The notes beneath the pieces are model-generated. The model ran no database searches, was not told where the DNA came from, and saw nothing but the letters and a program-made list of their open reading frames with translations. From positions 2,604,001 to 2,668,000 of the forward strand of contig NW_027361697.1 of assembly GCF_039654945.1 (NCBI RefSeq): a stretch of 64,000 nt of DNA. The letters are read 5' to 3'. This DNA comes from Dendrobates tinctorius (lineage: Eukaryota). Position 1 is the stretch's first letter. Each line of letters opens with the position of its first letter. The position numbers were made by a program, and so were the translations under genes. Positions 39,633-52,929 of the stretch are shown here, piece by piece.

Positions 39633-42425
39633 TAAGATGTGGAAACAAAAAATCAGCTAATACCCAACTGTTCACCTCTCTGGCCACCTCTGGTGCTCGC
39701 TATCCCCCCTACGGTCCTTGTCTCCTATTTTTACCATCACTGCATACTAAAACCCAGGGCCTTTTCCCTTTTCCCTAGGCTGGGACTTCTAGTGATGTTG
39801 TGACCGTACAACCTGCATGCACAGAGACGTTCTGGTCCTTGTCACAGTCGAAATGCTCGCCCAAATGTGCGCATTGTAAAGTCATGGCTCACGATGTTAC
39901 AGTCTTATAGTACCTCAGTGCATTTATTGAACGCACAAGATTTAAATGAATAAAAATAAAAAAAAAGTAAAGCTATCTAAGGCTCTGTTCAAAATATGTG
40001 TGTATTACACACTTGCCGAACTCAAGTTTCGCCTACTTGGCTTCATCTGAGACATACCTTGCTGGAATTACAAGGCTTAACTACTGTATTGCAGTCTCGA
40101 TTGGCTTTTCCTTCATCCTTAGAATAGTGGAAGGTGAGACACAACTATTACCAAAGATCTGATGTTTGTGTCTACAAGCATCGTCTTAAGAGAGATATTG
40201 GTGTCACTGTACAATCTGTGGACATCTTCACATAAGTTTCTTCATCTGGGAAAAGTGTATGAAGAAACAAAATGAAAAATTTAAAAATTGCCTGGTCATG
40301 AAGCAATTAAAAACCCATTGAAAAAAGAATGCTTATTATTCCAAAATATTATTGGTCAAATTATTTTTTAAAAATCCTGGAGGTGTCTGTATCCTTTAAG
40401 TAAAAAAAAAAAAAAAAGGCCTAATTTTAACCATAAAACTGCTGAAAATCTGTATTTCTTTAAACAAGTCTCCAGTTTGTCTTATGCTTGCTTGATTGGT
40501 AAGCTAAATTATTAAGAAATTGTTATACTGTGCCCTGCTTTTACAAGTATTCCTCCAGCGAAGATAGCACTGTATCCCATTCTACAGTATCTATATATGT
40601 CTAATTGCATAATCAATATGCGTTACATTCCACCAATTAGCAGTTCGATGAATATTTTGCTGCTCTTTCCTTCTAAAAACAATTGATGTGCAATTTTATG
40701 TGATTAAATTTGACATGGATTTGTAAATGGATAGACTGATGAATCTGCTTTTCGGAATTATTGGAGTTATTTGCATATGTGTTAATTAATAAAAAAGTAT
40801 CAGACATAATTGCATATAGTGAAACGGATTGTAATATTCTAAGTCATTAAGATATTCACTATGATGTATTTTGTTGAGGGGGTATCACTGGAGGTTGTAC
40901 AAAGAGAATGACTATAAACTTTGCATAAAATGTGCAAGTACATTGCATAGTCACTAGATTTTAAACTTTTATCAAGTTAAATTGATTTTTTGCATAGTTA
41001 ATATAGATGAGTGAATGTGCTTGGTGATACTCGGATAGCACTTAAGTATCTGGGTGCGCTCGGATGTGCTTGGCACTGCTCAAGCATTAGCCAGTGCTTG
41101 AATTTCAAACTCGAATCCCCGCCCTGCATATTTGGCGCCTGTTACACAGCCAATAAGCATGAGGGGAATGCCTGTGAGTCATTGGATTCAATGACTCACC
41201 CATAGAGTATTACGTTCTTTGCGGTACATTTCGATGTTAAAAAACAATCCAAAAAAGCATTAAAGAAATTTTCTGGATTCAATTACTCACCAATATAGTA
41301 TTACGTGCTTTGCGGTACATTTTGGTGTTATATAACATTCCAACAAAGCATTGAAAAAAATTTCTGGTTTCAATTGCTCACCCTTACAGTATTACATGCT
41401 TTCTGTTAGTGTTCAGTGGTATATAACCCTCCAAAAAAGAGTTGAAATGTATTTCTGGATTCAGTTATTCATCTATAGAGTATTAGGAGTTCTCTGTTAC
41501 ATTTTGGTGGTATACACCACTCCAAAAAAGTGTTGAAAACTATTTCTGGATTAAATTAGTCATCCATAGAGTTTTACAAGCTTCCTTTAACTTTTGATGG
41601 TATATACAGTAACACTCCAAGAAAACATTGAAAAGTAAAATATTTCTGGTTTCAATTATTCACCCATAGAGTATTATGTGCTTTCTGGTACATTTCGGTG
41701 ATTTATAACACTCCAAAAAAGAGTTTAAAATTCTTTCTGTATTCAATTAATCATCCATAGAGTATTAAGTGCTTTCTGATAAATTTTGGTAGTATATAAC
41801 ACTACAAAAAAGCGCTGAAAAATATTTCTGTGTGCAATTAGTCATCCATAGAGTATTATGTACTTTGTGTTTGAATTTCAGTGGTATATAACACTACAAA
41901 AAAGCGTTGAAAAATATTTCTGGATTCAATTACATTAGTCATCCATAGAGTATTATGCGCTTTGTGTTAAATTTCGGTGGTATATAACACTACAAAAAAG
42001 CATTCAGATTTTTTTCTGGTTCAATTAGTCATCCATAAAGTATTACATGCTTTCTGTTAAATTTCAGGGGTATATAACAGTCCAAAGAAGCATTCAAAAA
42101 TATTTATAAATTCAATTAGTCATCCATAGATTATTTCATACTTTCTGTTAAATTTTGGTGGTATATAACACTACAAAAAAGCTATCAATTTTTTTTCTGG
42201 ATTGAATTTGTCATCCATACAGTATTATATGCTTTGTGTTATATTACAATATTATCTAAAACTTCGAAAAAAAAATTTCCTGGATTAATTAGTCATCTAT
42301 AAAGTTTAACACAGTTGTTTTAACATCATGGTAGTATATAAAACAAAAAAAAAAGTTCCAACATTTTTCCTCAATTTAATTAGTCTTCCATGCAGGATAA
42401 TGCTGTTTTTGTAACATTACGGTGG

Positions 42426-43072
42426 TTTCACAAATCATTAAGGGATTTGTGGCAACTCTGCATTTGTTGGAATTTAAATGTAGTTTTTTTCTTTGGTGCA
42501 GCAAGGATTAATGTCAGTCTCTTGCTGGCAGCTTCTTTAGTCAGCTAATATTGTTTGGTGACCACTCCTACCTTCCTTTAACTAAAGTTGTCACATGACT
42601 AATCAGCTGTTCGTCAGTCATTCAGTTATTTCTATGCAGACCAGCTTGGTGTGTGGAGTTCTCTTTTGGCTGTGGTATTGCCGCTGTTGAAGACCTGTTC
42701 ACCTGGTACCAATTACTTTGCTGCTGTGGAGCTTAGCAGCAGATTCTGAGCTTAGTGGCAATCTTTCTGTCAGTCCCTTGTTTGTCTCTTTCCCTGTGTA
42801 ATATCATCTGCAGTGGCAAGGCTAGTGACATTACCGGCCAGTACACTAGCTAAGGTTAAAAGAGATGACAGCCATGGACTAGGCACATGACAGTGACAGG
42901 GGGAAGGACCAGTATAGGGCATTAGGGGAGCTTAAGGATGGGCACAAGTTGGTGTCAGGAGGTGTCGCATCCCCTTCTCCATACCGATAGGGCCTTTCTC
43001 TCCCTTTATCATCCAGTGTACACATACATATGTTGGGTGGTCCATGGGACATACCAGTGTCCATTCATGACA
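42426..43072. mobile_element. Solo LTR inserted in the 91-bp array
   Basis: Ends T(T)TCACAAAT...ATTCATGACA (degenerate IR); perfect 5-bp TSD GGTGG (42421-42425, 43073-43077). Confidence 0.8.
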
Positions 43073-43087
43073 GGTGGTGTATAAAAC

Positions 43088-43338
43088 CATGGTGGCTCAG
43101 TGGTTAGCACTGCAGCCTTGCAGTACTGGAGTTCTGGGTTCAAATCCCACCAAAGACATCTGCAAGGAGTTTGTATGTTCTCCCCGTGTTTGTGTGGGGT
43201 TCCTCCCACATTCCAAAGACATACTGATAGGGAATTTAGATTGTGATCACCATTGGGGACAGCAATGATAATGTGTGCCAACTGTAAAGCACTGCGGAAT
43301 ATGTTAGCGCTATAAAAATAAACATTATTATAATTATT
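43088..43338 (+). mobile_element. tRNA-derived SINE (V-SINE type)
   Basis: A box TGGCTCAGTGG, B box GGTTCAAATCC, central GGAGTTTGTATGTTCTCCCCGTG..TCCTCC block, (ATT)n-like tail. Confidence 0.85.
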
Positions 43339-45396
43339 CTGGATTCAATTAGTCATCTATACAGTTTACCATGGTTATTGTTACATTACAGTGGTATATA
43401 AAGCTAAAATAAAGATATAATGTTTTTCTGGATTCAGTTAGTCATCCATACAATTTAACGCAGTTACTGTAACGTAACAGTGGCACATAAAAAAAGTTGT
43501 ATACCTGTAGCAGGCCAATTTTTGTTTTTAATTCAAACAAATGACATTTCACACAAACCAAGTTTTACTGTATGTATGACAATAGTTAATTTTTGGAACA
43601 AAAATATTCTTGTACCAGGTCAAGCAGTTTTTAAAAATTTTAAATCACCATAATTTTACACAAAGCAATTTTACACAAAGCATCCCCTCCTTGCACCAGC
43701 ACGTGCCCAGAAACATCATCCGTGCCTTTACTGACGTGGTTATTAGGATTATCCACTTAATGACCGACACATGGACAAGTGCTTGTGGCACATGTGCTAC
43801 TGACTTCATGGATTGCTGGCCCTACTTCTATCAGGGTTTCCTCTACTTCCTACACTAGTTCCTGCTCCCCTCCTGCTCCTTCTCCGAATCCTCCATCTCT
43901 GCTATATCAGAGCACGTCGTCCACATCAGTCGAAAGCTGGAAGCTCTGCAGCATTGCCTCAGCAAAGCGGCAACAGGCTCTGCTGAAGCTAATTTGTCTA
44001 GGAGACAAATCGCACAGCAGAGTTATTGAAAGGAATAACAGACAGGACAGATCTGTGGCTCTCCCTACTGAACCTCCATCCAGGCATGGTCGTGTATGAT
44101 AATGGCTGTAACCTGGTGGTAGCTGTCAGCTTGGCAAGCTCACACATGTACCTCCTTTATCTCTAATACAGGGTATATCTAAGTTCCTCTTCAATCGTAT
44201 TTTTGGCATTTATTGTTTCCTTCATAAATTAAACTGAAATTTCCAATGTTTTCATAAAAATTTAAATTTTGGTTTACTTAAATATTTTTTTAAATCCTTT
44301 TTAAATTTTGCCTTATATACAAGTCTTCATACAGGAAGGAATGTTACTTAACATTTTTTCCTGTAAACCATAATTTCTTCTCGATTTTCAATGGTTTATT
44401 GTCAGTCCTTAAGTGGTGTAAAAGTGTGACACCGTTGTTCTCGGCAGCGATCTGGGAGTCAGAGATGTTTTCCAGGAGTCTTACCCAGGTTGTGCTCCTT
44501 CCTTCCAGCACTTTTTCCATCCATTTCATCATTTTCATTGCCCCCCAGACCTCCCTGTAGGGTCTGCTTGAAAACTTCACGAGTTACCCATTGACTACCG
44601 TTATGTTCATTACTCAAAATGAGCATCCGAGCATTAGGAATTGCTCGGTTCGAGTAACGAGCATTTGAGCATTTTAGTGCTTGCTCATCTCTAAAAGTTT
44701 AGAAACATACCAAATAACGTTCAGTAAAAAAAATCTACCATTTTGCTGTTGCAGAGCAACTTTAAGTCCTTTATCTAGCCGAGATATTTTTGTAAAAGGC
44801 ACAAATCTTTCAGAGTTCCAGATCCTGGTTCAGTCTGCTCTCTCCCTCACTTCTTTTAGTGTTAGAGATATCAGCAGAAAGGGAAAGAAGGGTGTACAAA
44901 GATCTGCAGTGGCTTGAAGGAAATGTTGTTAAAGTTTTATGGGGAGCAGAGAATATAAATTCTAGACAACGTGGAACTCACATGAAGAGGAGATAGTTGC
45001 ACTATTAAACCAAGTGAAGACAGCAGTATCCTGGCTATACACAGCACTCACTACCAGCCTATATTACAGAGAGGGACACTGGCACAAAAAAAATTTGCAG
45101 CTTGAATCGGGATGCAAATTGAATATCAAGGAACTGGAAAACAAATCAAGGAATTAAGATTATAGACTGAAATGTAGTGCAATTATATTAATTGATGTTA
45201 TCCACTAACATATGTGAAGGTAATTATTTTTTCATGTCAAGTGTTTCCATAGCCTTTATATGCATAAAATATAAGTTATCCTGAATCTCTTTCCACAAAC
45301 TTGTATATCGATCTGTTCTGTCCTTCTGCTCTATGACACTTTGCTGAAAGAACAGACTGAATGTACAGTGCATTGCTTGCAAGGGGTTTCCTTTAC

Positions 45397-46124
45397 AGGG
45401 GCTATCCAGAACTATTTTTTAACAGTGTCCCTAAAAGCTAATATGCAGCAGCTTACTACCTGCCTACTATCGATTTCTGCCTGCACAGATCGGTCACACA
45501 ACTCTCCTGCCAGCAATTCAGTGGCTTCTCTTTCGCTTTCCTCTGTTGATGGGGAATGACTGAAGACGTCATGATGATTACCAGATGGTTCCCCACTGCC
45601 TAGCTGCGGGAAGCCAATGGTCAATCAGCATGAAGTAGGAAGTCATGCCCTGTAAACAGAACAGCCAAGAAGAGGAAGAGCTGCTCGGCTGACGTGGAGC
45701 AGCTGAATTGCCAGCAGGAGTAGTTGGTGACCCATCTGTGCCAGCGGGTTGAACAGGTAGGAGCTGCTTCTCTTAGCAACTATGTGCCCTTTCTTATTTT
45801 TTTTTTTACTATGGGACTAAAAACTAAGTCCTGGATAAACCTCTAAAGGGTTATTTCCAAACCCATAAATTCACCCCAATCAATAGACTTGCTGATCACT
45901 AGGGATCCCACGGCTGGGAAGTCCACTGATCTTGAGATCAAGGCTCTGGAACTTGGTAAAAGCTGTTGTACTCTGCAGGCCCATAAACAACGAATGAAGC
46001 TAAGGCTGAGCATGCGCACCTCTGCTTCATTCATTGCTGGTCTCCTGACCTCGGGTTTGCTGGGGGTACCAATGATTGAACCTTTTGCAGATAGGAAATA
46101 ACTTAAACCTTGGGGAATAAACTG
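45397..46124. mobile_element. Two abutting T2/Kolobok-like MITEs (45397-45842 and 45847-46124)
   Basis: AGGGGCTATCCAG..CTGGATAAACCT, a shared CTAA, then AGGGTTATTTCCAA..TTGGGGAATAAACTG|TTAA. Confidence 0.55.
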
Positions 46125-47717
46125 TTAAGGAGTCACACATCAGAGAATTATATTGGTGGGATCTTGGTCACTGTACTGCTGCTCTTAACACTATAGTTCT
46201 GGAGGCCCTTACCCCTTATGATACTTAGCACAGAAATAAATTAGCTTTATATACTATTCTACTACTGTTTGATCGTCCAGAATAATTGATAATCCACATG
46301 TCAGGTCCGATAGGGATAAAGAGAGGTTATTTCTGTATGACAACTGTGTGCAAAAACATAGGAATTCATAACAACCTTTTCCCTTCTGTGCATCAGCTTA
46401 GGCCACGGTATCATACCCACGTGGACCTTCTAGCATGTTACTATGAGTGCAGCATCATATAAATCTGTAAATGCTGTTTAACGGCTGTGAAATTTATGGA
46501 AATCTAGAAGCGCATATTATAGTGGAAAGATAGATGGAAAACATGTTTCTAGTTTGACCCTTCCACGGGTAGAGGGGTTTATTAAATTTCTAGACACACA
46601 TCGTTTATTCATCAATGCAATATAAAATGGACTAACACTATGTAAATGTTAGAAATAAATCACATATTTATTACAGAAAATAGCAGTTTTAGAAAGGAGA
46701 TGAAGGGGGATGGGGTGCAAAAAAACACAATCAGCGCATCGTCTATTCATCCTTCAACTAGAACACATTCAATTATTTCCATCTGCATGTATAGAAATAG
46801 ATTATAATGCACAGGAATACATTATAATAATCTGTGCATTTAGTAATTATATAAATGTTTCAAGCCAGTGGTTATATACTGCATACGGTTCTATCCGGAC
46901 AAACTGTCTATTAACTCTTGTGAAGGGACAAGGTGGTGATGACGAGTGCTGTGTTTAAAAGGTAGCAGGGTCGTTTCCATGAAGATGCAAAATAATGAGT
47001 ATTAGCGTGGTATTTTTAGTGCTTTTGTGATCATGTATACAAGTGAGATTTACTGTAGATGAATGATTGAAATGTAAATTCACATCAAGACCCTACATTT
47101 TTATGGATATGGACATAGGCATGTGATTGTGTTCAAAGATGGTCAGCATGAAGTGCGTTAAATATGTTAGCATATATTCATATAAATGTATACTTCTATA
47201 TATAACTCCAAATTAAATACATATTTAAGTATTTGCATATCCATATTCTGCATACAATGCACAGTGTATGGTCTTGACACAAATTTATATTTAAATCACT
47301 CATCTAAAAATATATTAGAGATGAGCAAATATATTTGCGGGACTGCAGTCCATCATCCAGGTCAGTGATACCTGGCAGTTAGACAGGAGCACAGCACAGC
47401 TCAGTTACAGCAGGATAATGTTACCTCTGACAGCAACACTGTCAGTTTGGGTCATTATTTTGTACAGAACCATCTGATTGATCATAAATGACTAATAAGG
47501 ATAATTTTTTGACATTTTGTTTATTTATAAAACATGAAAAGTCTGTCAGTGTGCTTTGTTATAAAATAGTGTGTTGGTATATTCTGGGTTACTATCTGTT
47601 TCTATGGTGAGGTCACTTTGACATTACTAGTGCTCTGTTTGTGATTGAAGAGATTGAAAAGGGTTTTCCCTGTCTGGAAAATTATTTGAATTTCAAAAGA
47701 TTTGATGTTATGTCTTA

Positions 47718-47912
47718 GGCCGGGGTCACACTTGCGAGAAACTCGCACCAGTCTTGCGTCTCAATACCCGGCACTGCCACAGGTTCTCGGGACCGGAGTG
47801 TGGGTCTGCATGTATTTCAATGCAGCTGAGCGCCCCTTTCCAAGTGCCGGTGGCAGTGTCAGGTATTGAGATGCGAGACTTGTGTGAGTTTCTTGCAAGT
47901 ATTACCCCTGCC
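47718..47912. mobile_element. Small PIF/Harbinger MITE
   Basis: TTA|GGCCGGGGTCACACTTGC ... GCAAGTATTACCCCTGCC|TTA; palindromic body. Confidence 0.8.
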
Positions 47913-48805
47913 TTAGTTGTAGGTAGGTAAGCACACATGCATAAAAAAATGTGGCAGCAGGCCTCAGTGTTGATGCTCCCTAGGAGCTATTTATCAATGC
48001 AATACTGCATGTTTCTTGGCTACTGTGAGCAGCCTGCATGGCCTAAACATGCTACCAGGCCAGCAGCATATCTCCCATTGCACATTTTTGAGATGTTGAT
48101 TGTCAGCAATTGCAAAGGTAGCTGTCAGCAGCTGATCTTGATTTGAATACTCAGGTGCATGCAGTATGGTAGAATATTGCACATTCAACCATTAATCACA
48201 TCATTGATAGCAGCCAAGGCTGTAAGTGCACAATTTCTGCACGTTGTGCTCATATTTGATAGTGAATAAATTAAGATGTTTTGAAAATGGGGTTTCCATT
48301 TTTTTTATCATTTGCATATCATTAACATACCTATCCATCCTATGATTATATATACTGTATATTATTCCTGAATATGAGTGGCTCCTCTTTATGTAGAGAA
48401 AAGACTGATCAGTTTAGTTTTGAGAGTAAGGTGACCTTACAGCAAGTGACATAGCTACAGATTTTGTTGATTTTATTAGTTGGAAATCAATGTGTATAAA
48501 TGCAATTTTCCATAGAAAGTGTATCCTCAGGGTACATATTCCGTTGCCTTGCAAGTGTAGACTGACAACTGATTTGTATCATACCCAAGATGTAAAAATT
48601 CAACTGATTTTACGTGGAGAAAAAAATGCTTATTGTAGACTCCCGTTTATTCCTGAAACAACAGAGCCCGAGAGTACATAACAATCTTGTGGTGTGATTG
48701 GATATTTTTTTTTTTATAGAAGAGATTATTTTTATAGTGGGTTGTTTTCACATCAAACTTGGGAATACATTACTTTTTTTCATCTCTGCAACATATATTC
48801 AAACA

Positions 48806-50119
48806 CAGTGGTGTAACTACAGAGTCTGATGGGCACCCATGCAAAATTCTGACCTTGCCCCCTCCCTTGCATGTTGTTGATTAGATGTATGGGCCATTGT
48901 AACATTCTCAATCCTATAAGGACAAACGTGTTGCCTTTCCTCCTCCATTATGTAGTAATGTTCCCCATTATGGTCCCTTTCCTGGTATATATGTCCCCCA
49001 TCTTGTTATACTGTAAATGTTCTCCATCATGGTCTCCTTCCTGGTATATATGTCCCCCATCCTCGTATATATGTTCTCCATCCTGGGCCTCTTCCTGGTA
49101 TTTGCCGTATGTGCAGGTAACGTAGAGGCGAATGGGTTAAATCTGCGCTGCCATGTTGAAAGGATGAAGGATGCCAATCCGAGTGTAGGTGGTATACGTG
49201 GTTGTCCTGAAGAAGTATGTGTACTTCGAAACGCGTTGACAAACCACCTACACTAGGATTGGCATCCCTCATCCTTTCAACATGGCAGCGCAGATTTAAT
49301 CCAGTCACTTCTCCATTACCTACACTTTCATCCTGTCATGGATCTGCAGCAGCCTAAGCATTACCAGTGGTTGTGTGCACGCAACCTGACCAGATGAGCA
49401 TCATTATCAATTCCTTTGTCATTTTACCCATAAAACACCCTATTTGCTCTCTGTGTCTTTCCAGTCTGCTTTTATTTGGATCCTAGTATTTATGACACCC
49501 ATCCTGGCATATATGTCTCCCACCTTAGTATATATGTCACCCATCCTTCTATATATGTCTTCCATCCTGGAATATATATACCCCATCCTGGGCCCATCCA
49601 GGTATATATGGCCCTCATCTTGGTATAAATCTCCTCCATAATGGGCTCATCCTGATAAAAATGTCTTCTATCCCTGAATATTCCCCATCCTGGTATATAT
49701 GTCCCCCATTCTGGTATATATGTCTCCAATCCCGGACCCATTCAGATATATATCCATCATTCTTCCACTGTTTTTTAACACACATAAAAAACAATTTTAC
49801 TCACCTTACCCCACTCCGACGCAGCGTGGTGTCCTCTTTTCTACCCGGCAGCTGAATTCAGTGTGCAAGCAATGAACAGTCCATTACTTTCAATGCCTTG
49901 TGCCCCCAAGCATGGGCACGCCGATGTCAGCTTCAGGTCTATGATTGGCCAGCGGCTTGCATGGCAGTGCAGGAACCTGGTGGATTTTGCGCCGAATGCA
50001 TTTTAACTGAATCTGCATCCTCAGACACACCTCCAGTTGAAATATGCACAGGCGGGTCCCCCTCCCGCACGGGTCCTTTCATGGTCGCACCCTCTGTGAC
50101 CGTGATCATTATGTCTTTG
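48806..50119. mobile_element. Non-autonomous hAT-like element with a ~24-bp minisatellite (48960-49750)
   Basis: CAGTGGTGTAAC ... ATTATGTCTTTG ends; flanks TTCAAACA/TTTAAACA (7/8 match, 8-bp TSD); CCATCCTGGTATATATGTCC units. Confidence 0.7.
49202..49242 (+). ncRNA. Minimal type I hammerhead-like ribozyme in a Penelope-type inverted-repeat insert (~49111-49490)
   Basis: UUGUC-CUGAAGA-[AGUAUGUGUACUUC]-GAAA-CGCG-UU-GACAA; stem I UUGUC/GACAA; palindromic stem III; flanked by 83-bp inverted arms. Confidence 0.65.
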
Positions 50120-50195
50120 TTTAAACATATCTTACATGTCTTGTTTTGAAAAAAGACCAATCCCCTAAAGTTTCTTGTTTGGCTCCTTATCTTAA

Positions 50196-51376
50196 TGTGA
50201 GGCAGTGACCCCTGTTACAGCTAGGGGGCACTGTATGTGCTCCTCAGTATACACACGGAGGTGTATTGAGACCATAGGACTACATAGCAGTCTCAGGCGT
50301 ATCCGTGGTCATGATGGTGAAACAGTGGCTGGCAAGATTGTAAATGGCCGGTATGTGTCACAGAGGGCCTCTGTGCTGTAAGCCCGAAATAATATTGTTA
50401 TGCTGGGACTTGTAGTTCCAGAAGTTTTTGCTTAGTTATAATAGGGAGGCTTATACTGGTAGATCCAAAGTTGTGATAGTCCGGTTATATCTTTTTTTTT
50501 TGTATATGTACCTACCTACTGTCAATGTAATGCCTTTATGCACTTGTATCTGTACTTGTTCCTGCCTTGCTGCTGTAATGCTCTGAATTTCCCCATGGTG
50601 GGACGATTAAAGGATTATCTTATCTTATCGGGTTAATTAGAGAGCTGGGCGGGAATGAATAACCACACATACACCGCCACCTGTGGGGGTGGTTACAGGT
50701 ACATTATGTGACCAGGGTTTGGGTCACATGGTGGAGAGTGTATGGACCTGAATGGTCAGAGTGTAAGGTCCTGGATGGCCTGTGTTGGAAGATCCTGGGA
50801 GTAGGATTGGATTCCTGGAGAACAAGGTGAGGCCATGGACCTGAAGGCCTGTGTTGGAAGGTCCAAGGAGTGGGCTTCCTGAATAGCACATGGAGAGGCC
50901 ATATGTGTAGAGTCTGTAACGAAATTGCATTGTGGAAGCTATCGTTACTTCTGCGAGTATGGACTGTCAGGAGTGCCCTGGTCACAAGGACGGTGATTCC
51001 GGTAAGGCAGCTTCCCCCAGGAGAGGGGACTGACAGGAGTCAGCGTGTGGAGCAGGAACTCCAGTAAGGTAACTCCACAGACTGTTGGTGCTTCTGATTT
51101 TTTGTGGATGTTATTGAACTGTTCGGCGAGCAGTCACCCAAGTTAACTGAATGAAGTGAGAAGTCCGGCGTGTTTAGAGTCTGCAATATAATGTCGTGTA
51201 TTATGAAGTGCTATGGACTATGAGTAAGGTGTGTGATGTGCAACATGGCCTAGGGTGCGGTTTATGATGTTTAAATAAACCAAATAGACTGTTTAATGGA
51301 GAAAATCGTTCCTGTGTGACTGAGTCCCGCGGCCACGCAAGTGTCCCCCAACAGACTCAGTAAGCGCTGTCTTACA
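50196..51376 (+). mobile_element. Solo LTR (~1.18 kb including an insert)
   Basis: Inverted ends TGTGAGGCAG / CTGTCTTACA; AATAAA at ~51274; TSD not evident. Confidence 0.65.
50490..50629 (+). mobile_element. 3' tail of a non-LTR retrotransposon (Rex1/L2-like) inserted in the LTR
   Basis: AATTTCCCCATGGTGGGAC stem-loop, ATTAAA, then (TTATC)3 tail. Confidence 0.6.
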
Positions 51377-51609
51377 CAAAGTATTGTGAAAATGCCTTTT
51401 AAAGGATGGATATTGACTGTTCAGTTTGCTCCTTTAATAAGTGGTATTAAATAGAGTTGAGCGAAACGGGTCGAAAAATTTCAAAAGTCGCCGACTTTTG
51501 GCAAAGTCGGGTTTCATGAAACGAAACCCGACCCTAGGATGAGGTCAGCCACGAGGTCGGCGACTTACGTGCCAAAGTCGCTTTTCAAAAGTTTGTTTTG
51601 TGCTCTTTT

Positions 51610-51765
51610 TCAGCCAATCAGGATCCACGGACCCTGTGGGCAACATGATGACATAGGCACGGGTCACCACCATCTTTCAGAAGGGCATGCAAGTGATTGG
51701 CTTGCTTTGGTGGGCGTCACAGGGGGTATAAAAGGGCGTGCACGCCGACCGCCATCTTACTTCTG
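51610..51765 (+). promoter_or_regulatory. Putative Pol II promoter of the hAT element
   Basis: AGCCAATCAG (~51612), inverted CCAAT (~51696), TATAAAAG (51727), CGCCATCTT (YY1-like, ~51750). Confidence 0.45.
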
Positions 51766-52299
51766 CCGATCTCAGTATAGGGAGAGGTTGCTGCTGATTC
51801 TGTAGGGAGAGCGTTAGGCAGGGAAGAAGACAAAAAAACTGCTTCTGCTGCTAGCGATTTGGCCTGCACAACACACCAGTCACTGTGTGTGCAGTGCAAG
51901 GGGAGGCTATATAGTGGTGTATCAGTGGTGTTGGTTGTTGGGCTGCCTTCTAAGGCTACTTTCACACATCAGGTTTTCGGCGTCAGGCGCGATCCGGCGT
52001 CGTGCCGGAATGCCAGATCCGGCAAATGTTTTGTAAAACCTGATGTGCCGGATCCGGTTTTCTGCCGGATCCGTCTTGTTCTTGACAGACAAAACCGGAT
52101 CCGTCTCATCCGGTTCATCCATTTTTCTATCCGTTTTTCGACGGATTACGCCGGATCTGGTTTTTAAAATTGACCCTTGTGGCCTTCCGAACGGGATTGG
52201 CTACTGGAAAACTATATATAGCATGTTCCTACAGCCCTTCTTTGACAGGTTGTAGAGGAGAAAGTGCAGGTTGGAGAGAAGAGCAAGTTACTGGCGAAG

Positions 52300-52425
52300 A
52301 TGGATGTTGTCATTGGAAATATTACCACTAGAAGTTCTGTGACGGTTTCAGTAATGAGGGACAATTTTGCACTATACTTTATGTCACCTCAAGGCAGAGT
52401 ACACTGGCAGGATGACAGAGTGTGA
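52300..52425 (+). pseudogene. Harbinger transposase remnant (41-aa in-frame N/C-terminal fusion)
   Basis: MDVVIGNITTRSSVTVSVMRDNFALYFMSPQGRVHWQDDRV*; RD.FA.YF.S..G.V.WQ resembles the typical Harbinger transposase C-terminus; AATAAA at ~52617. Confidence 0.75.
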
Positions 52426-52929
52426 AAGATTTGTGCCCTAACCAAACTTGTGTACCTTCTGGACCAACAGTATATACCTTTGCCAACCAAAGTTGGCTAT
52501 CTTGTCATGGTCTTACTATTTTTAGCTTTAGGCCACAGGTGTGTACCTGGTTGTGTTTTATGCAAAGTATTTCACCTTTTAACAAAAGTTGTGTACATTG
52601 TTAGGAAATCACCAACAATAAACACAACTTTTCAGGTGAAATACTTTGCTTCAAACACAACCAGGAACACAACTGTGGCAAAAAGCTAAAATTTACCCAC
52701 AGTTATATACCTGGTTTTGAATACCTTTTTACCTTTTAAATACCCTGTATTTAACCTTTTTTTTAAACATATTTCGCCGCAGAAAGAAATGACAGACAAC
52801 CAGTGTAAACAATAATTTAACTTTTATTTAAAATATTTTTTTTTGTGTAAACTGTTTTTAAAGTTAAAAAAACTTTTTTAATAAAGGTTTGAAACCAACC
52901 AAATGGGCATTTTTATTACAAAAAAAACA

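Larger units (their letters stand above)
41175..43490. repeat. ~91-bp tandem array (~16 diverged units), interrupted by an LTR and a SINE
   Basis: Anchor TTCTGGATTCAATTAGTCATCCATAGAGT recurs at ~91-bp spacing (e.g. 41752, 41843; 42030, 42121, 42212). Confidence 0.9.
41002..44693 (+). mobile_element. Decayed hAT element with a tandem array and a transposase remnant
   Basis: TIR TATAGATGAGTGA / (rc) TAGAGATGAGCAA; flanks ATAGTTAA/AAAGTTTA (6/8 match); remnant at 43670-44150 (SIPSLHQHV, IHLMTDTWTS, AKRQQALLKLICLGDKSH) matches the transposase at ~59380-59950. Confidence 0.8.

Noticed and set aside
43090-43152. tRNA gene
   Set aside because: A/B boxes belong to a SINE head followed by a SINE body and tail
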